From NCBI GenBank assembly GCA_045863335.1, contig BTVY01000012.1, forward strand, positions 1-64,000: DNA of 64,000 nt, read 5' to 3'. Below are positions 10,267 through 18,595 of this stretch, piece after piece. The translations under genes were made by a program, and so were the position numbers. Position 1 is the first letter of the stretch. Each line of letters opens with the position of its first letter. The stretch comes from Candidatus Hydrogenedentota bacterium. GTDB lineage: Bacteria; Hydrogenedentota; Hydrogenedentia; Hydrogenedentales; SLHB01. Below the pieces are notes generated by a model that saw nothing but the letters and a program-made list of their open reading frames with translations, had not been told where the DNA came from and did not search any database.

Positions 10267-11037
10267 ATGACCAGTCATTACTATCAAGAATCTTCGGGAT
10301 TCTCCTTCGCGTCGCGCGGTCGTATCACTTACGCGACCCAGCGGCTGATCCTGGCCAATGTCATCGTGTTTGGAATACAGCTCATTCTTCATATTCCCTT
10401 CGGTCGGGGACAACTTCTTCCGGACAGTTACGCGACGAACTACCTGATGTTCCATCCCGACCACCTGATGCAGGGTTTCATTTGGCAACCGTTTACGTAT
10501 ATGTTCTTGCATGCGGGGCTGCTTCATCTGTTTACGAACATGCTCGGGCTTTTTTTCTTTGGACCGGACGTCGAGCGGGTGCTGAGTACGAGGCAGTTTT
10601 TCCGTTTTTACTTTTTGTGCGGTGCGCTTGGCGTGTTGGCCGGGCTTGTGCCTTATTTTCTCAATGGCTCCACCACCCCGATTATCGGTGCGAGTGGAGC
10701 GACGCTCGGTGTCTTGGTAGCGTTTGCCATCGCGTTTCCCGATCGCGAGATTATCCTGTTTCCGTTGCCCTTTCCGATTAACGCACGCGTCATCGTGATC
10801 GTTTTCGTCGTTCTCAACTTGCTCGACGCGACGCGGACAGGATCGAACGTGTCGGTATCGACGCATCTTGGCGGAATGACGGTCGCCTATGTGTATATGA
10901 AGCTTGCGCCGCGTATCCGCGACTGGGGCGATTCGATGCTAAAACGGCGTCCGCGCCCCAAGAACAAGGTGGACGCGGTGGGGGAAGCGGTGGATAATAT
11001 TTTCAAATTCGAGGACGAACGGCGGCGGCGCAAATAG
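10267..11037 (+). CDS. Rhomboid family intramembrane serine protease
   Basis: WQPFTYMFLH, HLFTNM, GASG (Ser), HLGG (His); basic cytoplasmic tail. Confidence 0.92.
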   Translation: MTSHYYQESSGFSFASRGRITYATQRLILANVIVFGIQLILHIPFGRGQLLPDSYATNYLMFHPDHLMQGFIWQPFTYMFLHAGLLHLFTNMLGLFFFGPDVERVLSTRQFFRFYFLCGALGVLAGLVPYFLNGSTTPIIGASGATLGVLVAFAIAFPDREIILFPLPFPINARVIVIVFVVLNLLDATRTGSNVSVSTHLGGMTVAYVYMKLAPRIRDWGDSMLKRRPRPKNKVDAVGEAVDNIFKFEDERRRRK

Positions 11038-11091
11038 GCGCAGCGGAAACGGGTATTACTGCGCCCAAAGCCGGCGCCGGCGAGTGGATAC

Positions 11092-11427
11092 ATGACGGGT
11101 CTACATGAACTGATCTTCCTCATGCTCATCGTTGCGGTATTGAGCATGACCGGCCTTTGGCCGCAGATCATTCGCGGCATCCGGCAACTGCGCGGGGAAC
11201 GCGTGGAAGACGACACGCCGCCGCCCTCCGACCGCGAAGTCGATCTCTGCTATAAGCTGCTGGGGCTTTCCCCGTCGTCAAGTTGGGACCAGGTAGAGAA
11301 GGCGTACCGTGCCAAGGCAAAACTGCACCACCCGGATCATGGCGGGGACGACGATACGATGCGGGCATTGAATGAAGCGTACGCCCTACTGAAGCGGATG
11401 AAGAAGAGCTCTCCGCGACGGCAATAG
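11092..11427 (+). CDS. Membrane-anchored J-domain (DnaJ-like) protein
   Basis: N-terminal TM, then CYKLLGL...KAYRAKAKLHHPDHGG...LNEAY with HPD motif. Confidence 0.85.
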   Translation: MTGLHELIFLMLIVAVLSMTGLWPQIIRGIRQLRGERVEDDTPPPSDREVDLCYKLLGLSPSSSWDQVEKAYRAKAKLHHPDHGGDDDTMRALNEAYALLKRMKKSSPRRQ

Positions 11428-11440
11428 GAAGAGTGGGAAC

Positions 11441-11854
11441 TCAGGGTTCCTTGCGCACGTGGGACCAGGCCTGCTCTTCCGCTTGAATCGTGAGAGAACG
11501 GGCGAATCGTATGACCGCGTCATCCACGGGTCCGTAAATCACGAACATGCGGTCGAGATTGGTAATCTCGAATACCTTTGCAATGTCCTTGTTCAATCCG
11601 CACAGACGCAGCCCTCCGCCAACATCCTTGCAGGCCTGATTGATGCGCAGCAACTCCGTAAGCACGGCGCTGGACAGGTACTCCACGGACTGGAAGTCCA
11701 ACAAGAGGTTGAGTTCGGGATGGGCCAACACATGGTCCACCACTTCCTTTCCGAACTGGGTGACGTTGACAGCATCCAAGACGCTACCGGCCTGGATCTT
11801 GCCAACCGTAATCACACCGCGTTCCGTGAACTCTATCAAGGACCCGTCACTCAT
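11441..11854 (-). CDS. STAS-domain anti-sigma factor antagonist (RsbV/SpoIIAA-like)
   Basis: LLDFQSVEYLSSAVL phospho-Ser region, VFEITNLD; start refined to MSDGS with AAGGAG RBS. Confidence 0.88.
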   Translation of the reverse strand: MSDGSLIEFTERGVITVGKIQAGSVLDAVNVTQFGKEVVDHVLAHPELNLLLDFQSVEYLSSAVLTELLRINQACKDVGGGLRLCGLNKDIAKVFEITNLDRMFVIYGPVDDAVIRFARSLTIQAEEQAWSHVRKEP

Positions 11855-12275
11855 GCCGGACTCCTTCTTTGCATAGGGCATTGCGTCGCATCTTCATTTC
11901 CAAACAGTTCGCTTCGTGGTTGTAGGACACGTCGTCCATACAATACCGCATCAGACACACCCCACGTCCGTTGAGCTGGTCCAGATCCGGCAATTCGACG
12001 TCCTCCGGACAGAATCCCGCACCCTCATCATACACGCGGATGTGGCAGAATTCCCCTTCCTCGTCCATTTCAATGCGCACCTTGCGGCAGGCGTCGCACT
12101 TGTTACCGTGCGTGATGGCGTTGACCAGCGCTTCCTCTAAGCACAATTGCGCGTAGAATTTCTGGCCTGCCTCGACCCAGCCGCGTTCGACCAGCGATGC
12201 GAGGGCGCTGCGCAAGGTTTCGCTCAACGCGTCCATCGTGCTGTCGAACTCTTTTACGAAAAATGGCTTCGGCAC
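11847..12275 (-). CDS. Anti-sigma factor / Ser kinase (RsbW-like HATPase_c_2)
   Basis: LEEALVNAITHGN, DEGAGF and GRG boxes; overlaps the STAS gene. Confidence 0.88.
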   Translation of the reverse strand: MPKPFFVKEFDSTMDALSETLRSALASLVERGWVEAGQKFYAQLCLEEALVNAITHGNKCDACRKVRIEMDEEGEFCHIRVYDEGAGFCPEDVELPDLDQLNGRGVCLMRYCMDDVSYNHEANCLEMKMRRNALCKEGVRHE

Positions 12276-12380
12276 GAATAGTCCTCAGCGGTTCACCGTC
12301 CGAGTTTCTCCGTAGTAAGGATACCACAAGGTGAGATAGCCGCAAAATGCGTATTTTTCTCAAGAGTGATCCATGAACGG

Positions 12381-14111
12381 TTACCTGGTAGTAACGGTCA
12401 GGCGCCCTTCCTGCCAGATCCCGTTGACTTGAGACGTGTAGCGCAGTTCCCGAATGTTCTCCCAAGCCGTCTCCGCCACTTCGGCACTTGCGGGGTCAAC
12501 GGTCTGCCGGGCCTCCAGTTCAGGAAGGACTACCTTCCCCAGTGCGTCCGGATCGACGACCAGTGCGGTAAATAACTGGCCGTCAGGCCGCAAAGCCGGG
12601 TCAAGGTGTGTGACCCATTGCGTCTGGCCGCCTTGGGTGCGGATATCAATCAGCGTCTTCAACCGGGCCAAATCCGTGGAAAGCACCAAGGTGTTTTCGG
12701 GCAGGGCGTAGGTCATTCCATCGCCTGTCGGCACCGGTATGGGAAGCACACAGATGTCGACGCCGTTGTACGTTTCACTCACGATAGGCATGAGCCCGGC
12801 GGCGCGAAGCTGGGCGCGCGCCCGCTCGCCATCGGAAACGTCGGCCAGCAGCATGAGCTTGGCTTTTCCCGCGGCATCGCCGGCGACGGCGAGCGTCATG
12901 TCGCCTTGCAGGAGTTGCAGCGTTTCGCCGAGAGAATTCTGCATCGATGCGAATGGGGTATCGGCGGGGGCGTCATTGGCGAGGGCATTTTGCAGGGCAT
13001 TCAATACCATCTCGCGCAGAGTGCCGTCGAAACGCCACGACAGCACGGCAACCGAATCTTCCGGAAGGTAGCCGAGATGGGTCAGGCCACGAGTAGGGCC
13101 GCGAAGTTCGGCGATGGCAGGGTACTTCTCACGGTCGAGACGGGCGAGAACATCCAGTTTCGAATCTGTCACGCGATAGATGCAGATGAGCGGATCTTGC
13201 CCTTCAATGAGCGTCCGCAAACTATCCAATACTTCCGTCGCAGCGCCGGCGACGGTGTCGGGGAGTTCTGACGCGGCCTCGTTTTGATCGTAGCGGGAAG
13301 CGGCATCAAGGCGGTCGAGCCGGGTGATCTGGATTAGGGTATCAGTGGGGTCGGCTGGACAGTCTGCTGAACCGTAGCGAATGGGGGTTGGACGACTAAC
13401 ACAGTCCACAATTCCCGCGACGATCGTGTCCGCCCCAAAAACGAGCAAGTCGTCGTGGAAGAAGTAGGCCCATTTCTCGCCACGCTTGGAGTGAACGATG
13501 ATACCGTCGATCTCTACTTCGTCGGGATTGGAGGCCGAATCCCCGAGCCATTTCTGCACGGACTGCTCGGCAATCTCCGAGTCCAACACGTAAACGGCGA
13601 GGGCGGCGGATTCCAGGAAATCCTCATCGGGGATAGAGGGAAGGGCCTCCCAACCCTCCGCGCCCGGGTCCGGTCTCGCGATGTCTGAGTCGCGGTCACG
13701 AACCATCTGGGATGGGTGATCCGCCCTAACGAACAGCGCCATAGGCCGCTCCGAATCGAAGCCTTTTTCGAAGGCGATGTCGTCGAGGGTTCGCGCGTTG
13801 GGGACCTGCAACACCTGACCCAGTTGTTGGACGATGACGGCGATCTCGGCTTCCATGTTGATGGATTTTGGAGAGGCACGAACGAGGAAGGCCTCGGCGC
13901 GATCCTCGAGGTCTCGAATTGATGGCGTCGCGACTGCGGTGACCGCGGATTCCGGCATGAGTTCGAGCAGGTCCACCACCGGGGGACGGCCGTCTTTGCG
14001 AGCTTGCTGCGAATCATCCTTCTCGCCGCCGCATCCGGCCAGAGCACACAGGATACCGGCGGCCAGGGGTGCGACGAACGGGAACGCACATGCACGTGAA
14101 TTCAAGAGCAT
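12381..14111 (-). CDS. Hypothetical lipoprotein (DUF3352-like, two-repeat architecture)
   Basis: GAGGAGG RBS; lipobox LAGC; repeated L-x-x-(M/L)PE-S/D-x-V motif (ELMPESAV; GYLPEDSV). Confidence 0.6.
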   Translation of the reverse strand: MLLNSRACAFPFVAPLAAGILCALAGCGGEKDDSQQARKDGRPPVVDLLELMPESAVTAVATPSIRDLEDRAEAFLVRASPKSINMEAEIAVIVQQLGQVLQVPNARTLDDIAFEKGFDSERPMALFVRADHPSQMVRDRDSDIARPDPGAEGWEALPSIPDEDFLESAALAVYVLDSEIAEQSVQKWLGDSASNPDEVEIDGIIVHSKRGEKWAYFFHDDLLVFGADTIVAGIVDCVSRPTPIRYGSADCPADPTDTLIQITRLDRLDAASRYDQNEAASELPDTVAGAATEVLDSLRTLIEGQDPLICIYRVTDSKLDVLARLDREKYPAIAELRGPTRGLTHLGYLPEDSVAVLSWRFDGTLREMVLNALQNALANDAPADTPFASMQNSLGETLQLLQGDMTLAVAGDAAGKAKLMLLADVSDGERARAQLRAAGLMPIVSETYNGVDICVLPIPVPTGDGMTYALPENTLVLSTDLARLKTLIDIRTQGGQTQWVTHLDPALRPDGQLFTALVVDPDALGKVVLPELEARQTVDPASAEVAETAWENIRELRYTSQVNGIWQEGRLTVTTR

Positions 14112-14139
14112 GGAACCTCCTCGGCGAATGGCCGGCGTG

Positions 14140-14319
14140 TCATTTGGGCCGGTAGTCGGGACATTTTACCGCATTCGGGCGCTGGGGATGCAGGCATGCG
14201 GACGGATGATCGTAGCGGCAGTTGTCGCAGAGGAACTCGGACGGACAACGCACGCGCAACCACCATTGCTTGAGTTTATCCGAAAACGATTCGCCCGGTT
14301 TCGGGGGAACGGTGCTCAT
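14140..14319 (-). CDS. Small Cys-rich protein, 59 aa (MSTVPPKPGESFSDKLKQWWLRVRCPSEFLCDNCRYDHPSACLHPQRPNAVKCPDYRPK)
   Basis: AGGAG RBS; ATGA overlap with the AraC stop; five Cys; only present as the tail of a spurious 318-aa ORF in the track. Confidence 0.75.
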   Translation of the reverse strand: MSTVPPKPGESFSDKLKQWWLRVRCPSEFLCDNCRYDHPSACLHPQRPNAVKCPDYRPK

Positions 14320-15572
14320 CGTTTGCTCCTGAATTGGGTCCGGTACTGCGCGGGGGAGACGCCTTCGAACTTGCGAAAGAGTTTGCTGAAATTGCTGGCG
14401 TCGTCGATCCCGACCCGGCGCGCGACGTCCTGGATGCTGAGGCGTGTCCGTCGCAGCAGATCTTTCGCCATGTCGATTCGAAGGCGTCCCACATATTGCG
14501 AATAGGACAAACCGAACTTGCGTTGCAGTTGATGGGTAATGGCAGTGGGATGTCGTCCGAGACGCTGGGCGACTTCGTTCAATTGTACTGATTCCGGCAA
14601 TTTGTCCATCACGATGCGGTTCAACTCTGCGAGGGCGCCGTCGGTAGTCGCCCGCGCGGTGCGGCGCAGGACGATCGCCAGCAGGGCCATGGCGCCGGTG
14701 ACGAGTTCGGAATCCGTTCGCGCCTGACGGACGGCAGCGAGGAACGCGGGAAACTCTTCCCAGGAATCGGAGGTTTCCAGCCCGGCGCGTTCCGCGGCTT
14801 CCAACGTAGCGCCCACGACGGCGATGGTGCGCGCGCGCCTGACGGCGAGGACCTCGCCCTGATTGGTTACATCCAACACGGATGAACGCAGCAGAGTCCG
14901 GGCCTGGCTCTGATTCCCGGCTGCCAATGCGGCCGCGATTTCGGCGCCACGGTATGGCGACGTGTCGGGCGTGCGGCCTTTGGCCCGGCGCACGGTTCGC
15001 CGGCGCGGAGAGTCGGTTTCGTCGACCGCGTCCGGGCTGGTGACCGCCGCATCCTGTTCGCGGTTCCAGAGTTCCGTCAGGGTTTCGGTCACCCATTCGG
15101 CAATGGCCGGGACCGCCGCCGCGGACACCAGCGCGATATCGGTCACCGGTACTGGAAGGAAAGGAAGCTCCTTATCCCCCAGGGCGCGAAGCCCTCTCAT
15201 GGCATCGTCCGCGAGGGTTTCGGGGGCCTCGGAAGGACAGAACGGGCCAAGCGTAATCACCAAGCCGCGAGTATCGTTGTCGAATGCCGGACTCGACACG
15301 CACGCAAATCCCATGTGGCAAAGAAAAGGCGCGGGTTTACCCGTTTGAATCGCCTGTTTGGAAGCGGGCAACCGGGATTTCAGGCAAGTCGCGATACCAT
15401 CGGGAAGCTCGCTCACGTAACGGCACAGAGCGCAGCCGCCGATTCCGCCAAAGGGTGGCCGCTCCTCCTCCCCGTCCACGAAATGAACGGAGATGGGCGT
15501 ACACGCAGCTTCAGAGGCCCGCTTCAGGACGCGGTGGACGGCGTCTGACCGGAAGAAGGCCGCGGGGTTCAT
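14316..15572 (-). CDS. AraC family regulator with N-terminal PocR-type sensor domain
   Basis: CALC...C...FLCHMG PocR cysteines; C-terminal AraC double HTH (SIQDVARRVGIDDASNFSKLFRKFEGVSPAQYR). Confidence 0.88.
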   Translation of the reverse strand: MNPAAFFRSDAVHRVLKRASEAACTPISVHFVDGEEERPPFGGIGGCALCRYVSELPDGIATCLKSRLPASKQAIQTGKPAPFLCHMGFACVSSPAFDNDTRGLVITLGPFCPSEAPETLADDAMRGLRALGDKELPFLPVPVTDIALVSAAAVPAIAEWVTETLTELWNREQDAAVTSPDAVDETDSPRRRTVRRAKGRTPDTSPYRGAEIAAALAAGNQSQARTLLRSSVLDVTNQGEVLAVRRARTIAVVGATLEAAERAGLETSDSWEEFPAFLAAVRQARTDSELVTGAMALLAIVLRRTARATTDGALAELNRIVMDKLPESVQLNEVAQRLGRHPTAITHQLQRKFGLSYSQYVGRLRIDMAKDLLRRTRLSIQDVARRVGIDDASNFSKLFRKFEGVSPAQYRTQFRSKR

Positions 15573-16342
15573 GGCGGGCCCAGACTGAAGAATTCGGTGG
15601 GCCGGTCCTGTGCGGCGGAGACCAACCGGACCGGACGGTCGCGAAGGACCTGTCCAGCCATGCTGAGCGCGAGATCGTGGGTATTGTTCTCCGCGCTAAT
15701 ATGCACCAGGACGACCACACGAAGGGCATCATGGAGCACATGGGCCAGCAGGGAGCACATGGTGGAGTTGGAGAGGTGGCCCTGGCGGCCGCGGATGCGC
15801 TGCTGGACCATGGGCGGATAGGGCCCGCGGCGAAGCAGGTTCGGACAGTAGTTGGATTCCAGAATCAGGCCATGGGAACCGGCAAGCCGACGCCGGACCA
15901 GCTCCGAGGGATGCCCCATATCCGCGGCGATCCCAAGCTTCAGTCCCTCGTACTCCACGATGTAGCTGACCGGATCGGCGGCGTCGTGGGAGACGCTGAA
16001 GCTGCCCACGCTGAGGCCATTCAGCACGGTTTCCTCCCCCGCTTCGACGAATCGAACTGTGGGAATGGCGCCGACGGTCTGGGGCAGGGCCGCAAAGGTG
16101 TCTTTGGTCATGTAGACGGGAACATCGATTTTGCGGGCGAGGATTCCGACGCCGGCGACATGGTCGGAATGCTCGTGGGTCACGAATACGGCCTTGAGGT
16201 TGTCGAGCGATTCTCCGATAGCGGCAGTTCGAAGCGCGAGTTGCTTAAAACTCAGGCCGTTATCGATAAGTATCTTGGAGTCACGCGTCGCGATCAGTAC
16301 CGCGTTCCCGCTACTGCCGCTGCCGAGCAGGCAAAAGCGCAT
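15569..16342 (-). CDS. Metallo-beta-lactamase fold hydrolase (YycJ/WalJ-like)
   Basis: LGSGSSGN, THEHSDH, SHDAADP, LESNY, GHLSN, HISAENN. Confidence 0.9.
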   Translation of the reverse strand: MRFCLLGSGSSGNAVLIATRDSKILIDNGLSFKQLALRTAAIGESLDNLKAVFVTHEHSDHVAGVGILARKIDVPVYMTKDTFAALPQTVGAIPTVRFVEAGEETVLNGLSVGSFSVSHDAADPVSYIVEYEGLKLGIAADMGHPSELVRRRLAGSHGLILESNYCPNLLRRGPYPPMVQQRIRGRQGHLSNSTMCSLLAHVLHDALRVVVLVHISAENNTHDLALSMAGQVLRDRPVRLVSAAQDRPTEFFSLGPP

Positions 16343-16499
16343 GACGATTGGCCTCCAACCCAAGCCCTTGGAGAATCCGGCAACCGTTTGGCTGTCCGGC
16401 TCCCGGGGCGTAACCCCCACAATCCCTTGGGGTTCCTCCATCTGCCGCAACGTTCGCGCAAGATGTGCGCACTAACGTTAACTTATTGTACTGTACGAA

Positions 16500-16528
16500 A
16501 TTATAGCCACAGTCCTGCACCGGTTCAA
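16500..16528 (-). promoter_or_regulatory. sigma70 promoter for the MBL-AraC operon
   Basis: Minus strand TTGAAC (16528-16523), 17 bp spacer, TATAAT (16505-16500); its -35 abuts the -35 of the rpoN promoter. Confidence 0.65.
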
Positions 16529-16557
16529 TTGACAGGTTCCGGATTGTGGAGTATAAT
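16529..16557 (+). promoter_or_regulatory. Perfect-consensus sigma70 promoter of rpoN
   Basis: TTGACA (16529-16534), 17 bp spacer, TATAAT (16552-16557). Confidence 0.88.
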
Positions 16558-16572
16558 GGCACGTGACTTGCT
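16557..16572 (+). promoter_or_regulatory. sigma54 -24/-12 site overlapping the rpoN sigma70 -10/start
   Basis: TGGCACG-TGAC-TTGCT matches TGGCACG-N4-TTGCW exactly. Confidence 0.88.
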
Positions 16573-16594
16573 TGCAGGGAAAGGGTTTAGCGCT

Positions 16595-18028
16595 ATGATG
16601 CATATGGAGCACCGGTTGGCTCAGACGCAAACGCAGCGTCTGATGCTGACCCAGAAGATGCAGCAAGCGATTCATATACTCCAGTTGTCGGGAATTGAGC
16701 TCGAGCAGTACGTCCAACAAGAATTGGAAACCAACCCGGTCCTGGACCAGCTTCAGAAGGAAGCCAAACCGGAACCGGAGGCCAAATCCGAAGCCACCAC
16801 GACCTCGGATGGGGCCAGCGTAGACGACAGTTCGTTCAATCTCGACGACTACGCCAGTATGTGGACCGACTTTCGCCGCGAGGGTACGGATTTCTCCCGG
16901 AATCCGGATCTGGCCCAGCAACGGGACTACTACCAGAATTCCATCACGAAAGAAGAGTCCTTCACGTCCATGCTGCTGACCCAGCTTCGGCTGGCGGCAC
17001 CGGACGAGAAGTCCTACGAGATTGGCGAGCACATCATCGGCGATATCGACTCGAAGGGGTATTTCACGGGCGATATCGACGATATCGCTCAAACCCTGAA
17101 CGTAACGCCGGCCGAGGTGGAGCGGGTCCTGTACCGGGTGCAGCGATTCGAGCCGACAGGGGTCGGGGCGCGGGATATCATCGAATGCCTGCTGTTGCAG
17201 ATCAATGTGGAGTATCCCGACGAACAGGAACTGAAGACCCTCGTTTCCGAACATCTCGAGGCGCTGGAGCACCGGCAAATCCCGAAGATCGCCAAGGCGA
17301 TGAACATCACGCCGGAGCGGGTGGAAGAACTGAAGGAGATGTTGTCGACGCTCGATCCGTGGCCTGGATTGGAGTACTCGTCGGACCCGCCGCAGTACGT
17401 GACGCCAGACGTAATCGTGGAGAAGATCGACGAGGAGTACGTGGTCTACCTCTCCGACGAGAGCGTGCCGGAACTGCGCATCAACGGCGACTACCGGAAG
17501 ATGATGCAAAACGGCCGTGTCACGAAGGACGAGAAACAGTACCTCCGCGACAAGGTGGAGTCGGCGCGGTGGCTGATCCGCAATATTCAACAACGACAAC
17601 AGACCATCCTGCGCATTGCCAGCGCGATCGTGGAAGTGCAGGAAGAGTTTTTCGACAAAGGTATCGAAGCGATCAAGCCGCTGACCTTGCAGGAGATCGC
17701 CGATAAGGTGGGCGTGCACGAAGCGACCGTAAGCCGCACGACGCGCGGGAAATACATGCAAACGCCGCAAGGGCTCTTCGAAATGAAGTTCTTCTTCTCG
17801 CCGGGTCTCAAGCGGGACAGCGGCGACGCGCAATCGTCAAAAAGCGTGCAGTCGGTGATCAAGAAGATCATCGAAGAAGAGGACAAGTCCAAACCGCTTA
17901 GCGATCAGAAGATTGCCGACATACTGAAGAAGCAGGGCATCAACATCGCGCGCCGCACGGTCACCAAGTACCGCGAAGGGATGGGGATTCTGTCCACCAC
18001 GATGCGGCGCTCGTATCAGGACGCCTGA
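16595..18028 (+). CDS. rpoN: RNA polymerase sigma-54 factor
   Basis: Gln-rich region I (QTQTQRLMLTQKMQQAIHILQL), HEATVSR HTH, RpoN box ARRTVTKYRE. Confidence 0.97.
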   Translation: MMHMEHRLAQTQTQRLMLTQKMQQAIHILQLSGIELEQYVQQELETNPVLDQLQKEAKPEPEAKSEATTTSDGASVDDSSFNLDDYASMWTDFRREGTDFSRNPDLAQQRDYYQNSITKEESFTSMLLTQLRLAAPDEKSYEIGEHIIGDIDSKGYFTGDIDDIAQTLNVTPAEVERVLYRVQRFEPTGVGARDIIECLLLQINVEYPDEQELKTLVSEHLEALEHRQIPKIAKAMNITPERVEELKEMLSTLDPWPGLEYSSDPPQYVTPDVIVEKIDEEYVVYLSDESVPELRINGDYRKMMQNGRVTKDEKQYLRDKVESARWLIRNIQQRQQTILRIASAIVEVQEEFFDKGIEAIKPLTLQEIADKVGVHEATVSRTTRGKYMQTPQGLFEMKFFFSPGLKRDSGDAQSSKSVQSVIKKIIEEEDKSKPLSDQKIADILKKQGINIARRTVTKYREGMGILSTTMRRSYQDA

Positions 18029-18046
18029 CGCCGGGAGGCGCTTCTC

Positions 18047-18286
18047 ATGAGTTCACACTTTGACGACGTAGCATCCCAAGCGTTGAAGTTGCCCGTCCGG
18101 GATCGCGTTCGATTGGCCCAGACGCTGACTTCCAGTATTGAGCAAGACATCGATGACGGTGCGGACGACGAAGCCTTGTGGATTGCTGAGGCGCAGCGTC
18201 GGTTGGACGAGATGCGTGAGGGTAAAGTCGAAGAAATTGACGCTGCAGATGCATTCGCGCGAGCCCGCAAACACATTCGCGAATGA
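18047..18286 (+). CDS. Addiction module antitoxin (TIGR02574-type putative addiction module component)
   Basis: ALKLPVRDRVRLAQTL...WIAEAQRRLDEMREG; ATGA overlap with a ParE/RelE-like gene. Confidence 0.85.
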   Translation: MSSHFDDVASQALKLPVRDRVRLAQTLTSSIEQDIDDGADDEALWIAEAQRRLDEMREGKVEEIDAADAFARARKHIRE

Positions 18287-18579
18287 TCGTTCGATTTCAT
18301 CCCAAGGCACTGCAAGAAATGATGGAAGCCGCTAGGTATTATGAAAACCGTGCGTTTGGCTTGGGTGAAGATTTCCTGGCGGCAATTGAGAGTCTTCTTC
18401 AGTGAATCGTTCTTCATCCCGCAGCCGGCTACTCAGCCGCTCCTGACGTCCGAAAACGTAACGTTGCAGGTTTTCCCTTCACTATTCTCTACCAAATTGA
18501 AGAGCGTAAGATTCGAGTTGTTGCCATAATGCACCAGCACCGGAAGCCGGGGTATTGGCTGGACCGCATAGAAGAGTGA
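18283..18579 (+). pseudogene. ParE/RelE family toxin interrupted by an in-frame TGA at codon 41
   Basis: MIVRFHPKALQEMMEAARYYENRAFGLGEDFLAAIESLLQ*IVLHPAAG...GFPFTILYQIEERKIRVVAIMHQHRKPGYWLDRIEE; stop at 18403-18405, frame continues to 18579. Confidence 0.88.
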
Positions 18580-18595
18580 ATCACGTCACAAGACG

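Noticed and set aside
15284-16594. Apparent 437-aa N-terminal extension of RpoN
   Set aside because: Antisense to the MBL and AraC genes and runs through the promoter; the real start is at about 16595
18403-18405. Selenocysteine or genetic-code reassignment of the in-frame TGA
   Set aside because: No evidence for a catalytic Cys at this position, no clear SECIS hairpin, and TGA ends many genes in the window
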